Assembly (NCBI GenBank): GCA_036721855.1
Contig: DAIMKF010000008.1
Coordinates: 4,003-68,002 of the forward strand
Direction of reading: 5' to 3'
Source of the DNA: Bacillota bacterium
GTDB lineage: Bacteria; Bacillota; DTU065
Length of the DNA: 64,000 bases
Shown here: positions 58,425 through 64,000 of the stretch, piece after piece
Position numbering within the stretch: the first letter of the stretch is position 1
Layout of the letters: each line of letters begins with the position of its first letter
Translations under genes and position numbers: made by a program
The notes under the pieces: model-generated
The model's input: only the letters and a program-made list of their open reading frames with translations
What the model was told of the DNA's origin: nothing
Databases searched by the model: none

Positions 58425-58453
58425 TTGACAAAACTTGATTTGATGCATATATT
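58425..58453 (+). promoter_or_regulatory. sigma-A-type promoter of the arsR-like gene
   Basis: TTGACA (58425-58430), 17-nt spacer, TATATT (58448-58453). The track ORF start at 58425 is this -35 box. Confidence 0.55.
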
Positions 58454-58461
58454 TATAGCAT

Positions 58462-58477
58462 ATCAAATATTTTTGAT
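58462..58477. promoter_or_regulatory. palindromic operator candidate ATCAAA-N4-TTTGAT (copy 1)
   Basis: ATCAAAtattTTTGAT just downstream of the -10 box. Confidence 0.45.
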
Positions 58478-58490
58478 GCGAGGTGATAAT

Positions 58491-58802
58491 TTGGAGACGG
58501 TTTATGAGGAACACGCAAAAGTTTTTAAAGCCTTTTGCGACGAAAAACGACTGCGAATACTTGAATTATTATGTAGCGGTGAAAAATGTGCTTGCGTATT
58601 ATTGCAACAGATAGATTTGGGGCAGTCAGGGCTTTCCTACCATATGAAAATATTAGTCGAGTCGGGTATTGTGGAGAACCGACAGGAAGGTAAATGGACG
58701 CATTACAAAATCAGCGAAAAAGGCAGCACTTATGCTATAGCTTTGCTAAAGGAGCTGACAACGCCAAACACAGTTTTAGGAAAAAATAATTGCTGCAAAT
58801 GA
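58491..58802 (+). CDS. ArsR/SmtB-family metalloregulator
   Basis: FKAFCDEKRLRILELL, a CAC motif (EKCACVL) and HTH SGLSYHMKIL. TTG 58491 after GAGGTGA (alternative ATG at 58476). Confidence 0.8.
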   Translation: METVYEEHAKVFKAFCDEKRLRILELLCSGEKCACVLLQQIDLGQSGLSYHMKILVESGIVENRQEGKWTHYKISEKGSTYAIALLKELTTPNTVLGKNNCCK

Positions 58803-58841
58803 TAAGGCCATCCATTTGATGGCTTTTAACAGGAAGAATAC

Positions 58842-58857
58842 ATCAAAAGATTTTGAT
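58842..58857. promoter_or_regulatory. palindromic operator candidate ATCAAA-N4-TTTGAT (copy 2)
   Basis: ATCAAAagatTTTGAT, 33 nt upstream of the permease start and after a weak terminator hairpin (58807-58827). Confidence 0.45.
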
Positions 58858-58889
58858 ATGATTGTCCATTTTAGAAAGAGGGTTATCTG

Positions 58890-59903
58890 ATGCCAGTGTT
58901 AAAAGCAGTCTGGGATTTTTCACAAGACAATATCCTTGGCATGAAATGGCTGAATGATTTAATTGGAGGAGTGTTATCTTTTTTCGGGCTGGATACCTCC
59001 AGTCGCTGGATCGGGAGCATTCAGTTTTTCATTTATGATGTTATAAAAATTGTGGTTCTTTTATGCTTCCTGATCTTTATTATCAGCTATATCCAAAGCT
59101 ACTTCCCGCCGGAACGCAGCAAGAAGATATTAGGACGGTACCACGGTATCGTGGCGAACTCTGTTGCAGCCTTGCTTGGAACGGTAACGCCGTTTTGTTC
59201 CTGCTCGTCCATTCCGTTATTTATAGGCTTTACATCCGCAGGGTTACCACTTGGAGTCACTTTTTCATTCTTGATTTCTTCGCCAATGGTAGACTTGGGT
59301 TCTCTTGTCCTGTTAATGAGCATATTTGGAGCAAAAGTCGCTATTTTATATGTAATATTCGGTTTGGCAATTGCTATAATTGGTGGCACTCTAATCGAGA
59401 AAGGACATATGAAAAAGCATGTTGAGAGCTTTATCTTGACGGCCGGAAGTGTTGATATTGAGTCACCGGATCTTACAAGAAAAGACCGGTTGATCTATGC
59501 AAAGGAACAAACGCTGTCTACATTTAAAAAGGTTTTCCCATACATCCTGATCGGTGTTGGTATAGGTGCCGTTATTCACAACTGGATACCCGAGGAATGG
59601 GTGGTATCCCTGCTTGGAAGTCAAAACCCCTTCGGCGTAATCTTAGCGACACTCATAGGTGTGCCGATGTATGCTGATATCTTTGGCACAATTCCGATTG
59701 CTGAAGCACTGCTCTTAAAAGGTGCAAAGCTGGGTACGGTGCTGTCTTTTATGATGGGTGTCACCACGCTGTCTTTGCCATCTATTATAATGCTTCGCAA
59801 GGCAGTTAAGCCAAAGCTGCTGGCGCTGTTTATTGCCATATGTACGATGGGAATAATTATTGTCGGATATCTATTTAATACTTTACAGCCACTTATTATT
59901 TAG
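58890..59903 (+). CDS. permease of the DUF318/ArsP-like family
   Basis: 337 aa, polytopic, with the TPFCSCSSIPLF cysteine motif typical of this family. Confidence 0.7.
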   Translation: MPVLKAVWDFSQDNILGMKWLNDLIGGVLSFFGLDTSSRWIGSIQFFIYDVIKIVVLLCFLIFIISYIQSYFPPERSKKILGRYHGIVANSVAALLGTVTPFCSCSSIPLFIGFTSAGLPLGVTFSFLISSPMVDLGSLVLLMSIFGAKVAILYVIFGLAIAIIGGTLIEKGHMKKHVESFILTAGSVDIESPDLTRKDRLIYAKEQTLSTFKKVFPYILIGVGIGAVIHNWIPEEWVVSLLGSQNPFGVILATLIGVPMYADIFGTIPIAEALLLKGAKLGTVLSFMMGVTTLSLPSIIMLRKAVKPKLLALFIAICTMGIIIVGYLFNTLQPLII

Positions 59904-60177
59904 GAATGGCGAAGACCTGGTTTTCTGCTATTTATTAGCTGACTCGTATAGAGTACAGCACCTTGGTTGTGAAGTGGGTTTTCGGTAGCGTAAACGCTGA
60001 TGGCTTGCTCTTGAGGTGGTAGTAATTGCTCGAAAACTTGAAATCTTCTTCAGTAGCAAGAAAAATATATGTGTTTGCAGAGGTAACTGCTGCTGATGGA
60101 GCAAAAGCTCTTTGATCCTGCTGGTTAGATTTAATATGTTTTATCTGGGATTCTAAAAACGAGAGGAGATATTTATT

Positions 60178-60531
60178 ATGGCACTGTTTGGAAAGAAAAA
60201 TAAAAATGAAAAAACCAACTCCTGTTGCTTTGGAGGTAGCTGCGATGCTGAAAGTATGATAAAGGCAGAAGAAGCAAAAACCGAAGGCGCAAGTGTGAAA
60301 GTTCTTGGAAGTGGCTGTGCAAAATGCAATCAGCTTGAAGCGGCGACAAAAGCGGCACTTGAACAATTGGGCATGGACGTAACGATCGATCATGTGACCG
60401 ATTTTGCTCAAATCGCAGCTTACGGTGTGATGACTACTCCTGCTCTTGTTGTAGACGGAAAAGTCGTCTCTTACGGCAAAGTTCTTAAAACTGATGAGGT
60501 TGTGAAAATATTAAAAGAAGTTAGAGGATAA
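60178..60531 (+). CDS. thioredoxin-fold redox-active disulfide protein 2-like, with Cys-rich N-terminal extension
   Basis: The VKVLGSGCAKC motif starts the Trx-like core. The N-terminal 38 aa contain SCCFGGSC. GAGGAG RBS. Confidence 0.7.
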   Translation: MALFGKKNKNEKTNSCCFGGSCDAESMIKAEEAKTEGASVKVLGSGCAKCNQLEAATKAALEQLGMDVTIDHVTDFAQIAAYGVMTTPALVVDGKVVSYGKVLKTDEVVKILKEVRG

Positions 60532-61069
60532 GTATATGAAAAAAAGCAAATGAGGAAGCAACTCAGCGAGAAACCACTTCTTTAATAGATATCTTTAGTT
60601 TAGCTTACTCCATTGACCGCCCCTTAACCGTTTATTACTCATGGGTGAGCATTTAAGCGGTAAAACAACAGAGATAATGTTATTGCCATCAATTTACCAA
60701 TGACGATGTGCAGGCAACGCTCTTCAATGGCTCATGAACATGCACCATCTGTATTATGATGATGATCAATTAATCGCAATTTGTTCAAAAAAATAGGCAT
60801 AGGAAGCAAAAAAAGAGAATCAAACCGCTCAGTTTACTACCTATTTGCTTATGCCACCTAAGACACTTTCCAAAATGATAAAGAGCGTAAAAAAGTCAGA
60901 TTCAGACAAACTGTTAGTAAAGGATGTCGTGTATTGTAAGCATCATTTTGGTGTAAACATACAGGCAATGGTAATATTATTCCAAAGCCTGTGTACGACA
61001 AGTTGTCTTATCCCGGAATCGGAATATTTAAAAGCTTATTGCAATCCGAGATTCGATGTGATAGTATTG

Positions 61070-61083
61070 TAACGAACGTTAGA
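61070..61083. promoter_or_regulatory. operator candidate TAACGAACGTTAGA (copy 1)
   Basis: Inverted repeat TAACG-AA-CGTTA, 16 nt upstream of the tetR start and just after a possible TTGCAA-17-TAGTAT promoter. Confidence 0.5.
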
Positions 61084-61098
61084 TATAGAGGTGTTGGT

Positions 61099-61659
61099 AT
61101 GGCAGAAAAAGATATGAGAGAAAGAATCAAAGAAGTAGCAGTAGAACATTTTAACATTAATGGTTACCATGGAACAACGATCCGCAACATAGCAAAAGAC
61201 GTAGATTGCTCCTTGCCAATGATTTATTACTATTACCATAATAAAAAAGATCTGTTTGATGAGATCATAAAAAAGGAATTTTTCGAACTGTTAAAAAGGC
61301 AGGTATCACTCTTGAGGACAGATAACATCATAGAGCTTTATACAAAGTTTGTGAATGATTTAAATTTCTTGAGCGACTATGATAAAAAGGTTTATCGCCT
61401 TGGAATCAAAGTTTATCTGTCCTTTGATGGCGATGAGGAACTGATGGAGATCATGGATGAGTGGGAAAAGACTATACTTCCAAGGCATTATCAGATATTA
61501 AAATCACATTTAAAGAACGTAGACAATGATATTGCAGTTATACGAACATTAATACATTTATTGGAAACATTGATAGAAAGTATTGTCGTCAAAAACAGGT
61601 ATCTACCTGAAGAAGAAATCCGGGAAGAGATTTCGATCGTTCTTCGTGGGTGTGAATAA
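61099..61659 (+). CDS. TetR/AcrR-family transcriptional regulator
   Basis: N-terminal HTH FNINGYHGTTIRNIAKDVDCSLPMIYYYY. ATG 61099 after GAGGTG. The track's longer ORF is an upstream extension. Confidence 0.8.
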   Translation: MAEKDMRERIKEVAVEHFNINGYHGTTIRNIAKDVDCSLPMIYYYYHNKKDLFDEIIKKEFFELLKRQVSLLRTDNIIELYTKFVNDLNFLSDYDKKVYRLGIKVYLSFDGDEELMEIMDEWEKTILPRHYQILKSHLKNVDNDIAVIRTLIHLLETLIESIVVKNRYLPEEEIREEISIVLRGCE

Positions 61660-61716
61660 TTGCTATCTGCAGTTGGAGATTTAATTTAAACTGTTATGAT
61701 TGTTTTTCATAGTGGC

Positions 61717-61730
61717 TAACGAACGTTAGA
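61717..61730. promoter_or_regulatory. operator candidate TAACGAACGTTAGA (copy 2)
   Basis: A 14-mer identical to 61070-61083, 30 nt upstream of the next gene. Confidence 0.5.
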
Positions 61731-61759
61731 ATAAATAACATATTAGGAGAGAAGAAAAA

Positions 61760-62209
61760 ATGGATATTGAGAAGAGATTGGCCTTATTACAAAATACCTA
61801 TGCGGCATCTATAGCAGAGACTGTAAACACTTATGATAAGTTACAGGTGCTTGAAACAATCGTAGAGAGAAGAAAAGAGAGGCAAGCACAGACAGCAACC
61901 TTTTTGAATCAACAACTTGGCATTGAAATCGTTGAGGATGTTTTTGGTAAGCTTTCAGAAATTTATGGGTGTGCTAACTGGTCTGTGGAAAAAAAAGACG
62001 ATGGCTATATCGCTACAGCAATTTCGTGTAAGTTATGTGCGCTAGCTAAGAAAATGGGAGGAGCAAATCCTTGTAATGGGTGGTGCTTAGATCCTATGTT
62101 TGCTATGATCACTGCCATAGAAAAAACCGATGTTGAAAGCATAGTTGTTGAAAGCACTTTAATGGCCGGAGATTGTTGTAAAGTGCTTGTAAATACCCAT
62201 ATAGAATAA
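61760..62209 (+). CDS. small Cys-rich protein, possibly of the L-2-amino-thiazoline-4-carboxylate-hydrolase-like family
   Basis: 149 aa. Pattern CKLCALAKKMGGANPCNGWCLDP...GDCC. The family assignment is from memory only. Confidence 0.35.
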   Translation: MDIEKRLALLQNTYAASIAETVNTYDKLQVLETIVERRKERQAQTATFLNQQLGIEIVEDVFGKLSEIYGCANWSVEKKDDGYIATAISCKLCALAKKMGGANPCNGWCLDPMFAMITAIEKTDVESIVVESTLMAGDCCKVLVNTHIE

Positions 62210-62389
62210 AAGATGTTACTAAAATACCATCGACATATGGAAAATGAGAGAGAAATGTATTTATTTTATTATGAAAATGAGAAACTCAACAAAATCTTAG
62301 TTATGGTATAAGGGTTTTTTGTTTAGGCGAGAGAGTAAAAAAGAGTATATGAAGTCTTTATTAAAGAGGCCTTGAGGAGTTGGTTGAAA

Positions 62390-63130
62390 ATGGAAAAGAA
62401 ACAAGCCGATCAGAAAAAAATATTGTTATATGGAATTATGATTTTTCTGCTCCTTATTTTTCAAGAAGTTCTAGGCAAGGTGGGGAGAAGCGTCGCTGAT
62501 TTACTCTCCTATGAGAGAGTTGATCCCTATAAAGCCTTTGCATGGGTTTCTGTTCACCATATCACTATGATGCTAATTACCCTTGCTGTAATTATGGTAC
62601 TAAGCAAGCTGTTGAAAGTTGATTTTGGTTTTAGCCTTGGTGACAAGAAAACAGGGACCAAATATGTAGTTATGTATACGGCCATATTTACAGGGGTTAC
62701 CCTTGTTTTACATATACTTATGCTGATCAATAACAGGCTACCAGTATATGACTTCCCCCTAAACAAAAAGAATATTCTTGGCACGCTTGGCTTTCAATTG
62801 TTCTTAAGCGGGCCTGCTGAAGAGATTCTGTATCGAGCGCTCCCCATAACAATACTTGTGCATGTACTGGGAAAGAGTGTCAAAGTAAAGTGGGGAATTA
62901 CATTAGAAACAATCATTGCCTCATTATTATTTGCCATGGCACATATGAAATGGTCTTTATTCCCGTTAACATTTGAAGCGGATTACTTCAGGTTGTTTTA
63001 TGCTTTTGTGTTAGGCATTATCCAGGGCAAAGCTTACCAAGATAGTCGTAGTATTTTGTATCCGATGTTTATGCACAGTATCAGTAATGTGTTAATGGTT
63101 GGAATAGGGTATCTGTTTCTTTTACTATAA
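62390..63130 (+). CDS. CPBP-family intramembrane glutamic endopeptidase (CAAX protease / Abi-like)
   Basis: Motifs PAEEILYR (EExxxR), FAMAH (FxxxH) and HSISN (HxxxN). Polytopic. Confidence 0.8.
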   Translation: MEKKQADQKKILLYGIMIFLLLIFQEVLGKVGRSVADLLSYERVDPYKAFAWVSVHHITMMLITLAVIMVLSKLLKVDFGFSLGDKKTGTKYVVMYTAIFTGVTLVLHILMLINNRLPVYDFPLNKKNILGTLGFQLFLSGPAEEILYRALPITILVHVLGKSVKVKWGITLETIIASLLFAMAHMKWSLFPLTFEADYFRLFYAFVLGIIQGKAYQDSRSILYPMFMHSISNVLMVGIGYLFLLL

Positions 63131-63199
63131 GACAGGCACATTAACAGCGTTTTTGAATCTAGCTTGTGGTAATAATAGTTGTTGATAATTAATAAGGGT

Positions 63200-63688
63200 C
63201 AAGTTATGAATTCTCTTTTTCCTAGGACTCGCCGATAGGTGGCCAGTGATGAGTCTCAAAAGGCGGAAGCAAATACTGGAAAAACAAGGGAAGATAGGAG
63301 ATAAAAACGACGAGCATCAAAACGATTAAGCAGCAATATATTGCTGCTTACTTCAGCAGGGCTATCAGCCTCAACATATTATATTTGCTGGAGATTCTGC
63401 GTGGGGGGTATTAAGTCTGGTACGCTTCTAAAGCTTAAGGATGATAACATTCCACTACCAGCTGCTTGTGTGGCATTTTCCCCCTATCTTGACATGACAA
63501 TGTCGGGGCAAACGCATCGAACTCGTGCCAAAGTTGATCCTTATACACCCAAAGGCATTACCGAAACTTATTTTGATTATTATGTGAGCGATGGTGATCC
63601 AAAACACCCTTATACTTCACCTCTTTTTGGTAATCTTGAAGGTTTGCCACCAATCATGATTCAGGTTGGCAATTACAGTCAGTCGTAA
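63200..63688 (+). pseudogene. alpha/beta hydrolase (esterase/lipase, HSL-type) remnant, frameshifted and truncated
   Basis: GYQPQHIIFAGDSAWG (the GDSAGG nucleophile-elbow region) lies in one frame. The continuation LKLKDDNIPLPAACVAFSPYLDMT is in another. No N-terminal part. Confidence 0.5.
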
Positions 63689-63774
63689 AAGAACAAGAAG
63701 CAACAGCACCAATTAAAAAAGCATTCCATCAGTTTATTAAATGTTAAAGAACATCGGAAGGACAGGGATAAAGC

Positions 63775-64000
63775 ATGAAGATGAATAAAAATCGCATTCA
63801 ATGGCTGGCACTGATGGGCATGGTAGGATTAATCTTTTACTTTCTCCATGTAATCTTAGGTGAAATAAGCTATCCGGGCTATAATCCTTTGTCGCAGGCT
63901 GTAAGCGACCTTACCGCTGCTACAGCGCCATCAAGGGAAATAGCATCAGCTTACTCTACGGTCTACGCCTTTTTCACCGTCGCAGCTTGTACCTTACTTT
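63775..64000 (+). CDS. DUF998-family membrane protein (partial, runs off the window)
   Basis: MKMNKNRIQWLALMGMVGLIFYFLHVILGEISYPGYNPLSQAVSDLTA. Absent from the track because no stop falls within the window. Confidence 0.55.
   Translation, partial: MKMNKNRIQWLALMGMVGLIFYFLHVILGEISYPGYNPLSQAVSDLTAATAPSREIASAYSTVYAFFTVAACTLL

Noticed and set aside
59935-60411. 158-aa minus-strand ORF
   Set aside because: It overlaps the well-supported thioredoxin-fold gene on the opposite strand. Cys/Phe-rich shadow translation, no RBS.
1-64000. CRISPR arrays, tRNA/rRNA genes, transposases, intact integrases, toxin-antitoxin pairs, reverse transcriptases
   Set aside because: I scanned for regularly spaced repeats, tRNA-like T-arms (only the tmRNA GGTTCGA was seen) and characteristic protein motifs. 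None was found. A by-eye scan cannot exclude short or degenerate elements.

Overview
AT-rich, Clostridia-like anaerobe chromosome segment, inferred from gene content (rubredoxin plus flavodiiron protein, 2-oxoacid:ferredoxin oxidoreductase, ECF S-components, GGAGG-type RBSs). Positions 1-45.2 kb look like ordinary backbone: a P-type ATPase behind a Mn2+ (yybP-ykoY) riboswitch, korAB-like genes with a GntR regulator, ldh, ackA, aconitase, isocitrate dehydrogenase, an archaeal-type ADP-dependent sugar kinase, a scattered glycan/peptidoglycan turnover set (NamZ, DUF4855, GH18, GH3), two orphan solute-binding proteins, and smpB-ssrA. The most unusual backbone element is a guanine-type purine riboswitch (28138-28210). 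It has its own strong promoter and is followed by about 160 nt of ORF-less RNA with pseudoknot potential, then a terminator. ssrA carries a 2.8-kb islet bounded by a 14-nt direct repeat, with only a stump of a serine recombinase and three or four unknown membrane proteins. From about 48.5 kb to the window end the sequence is a decayed mosaic. It has a visibly GC-richer block (about 48.5-58.3 kb) holding a short UvrA paralog, a methyltransferase, a serine hydrolase, a chain of ATGA-coupled GNAT genes, an SDR and many gene fragments. After that come an ArsR-permease-thioredoxin-like module and a TetR/CPBP module, each with a duplicated operator-like palindrome. I saw no rRNA, tRNA, CRISPR array, transposase or intact integrase. 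All function calls come from motif and family recognition by eye; no database search was possible.
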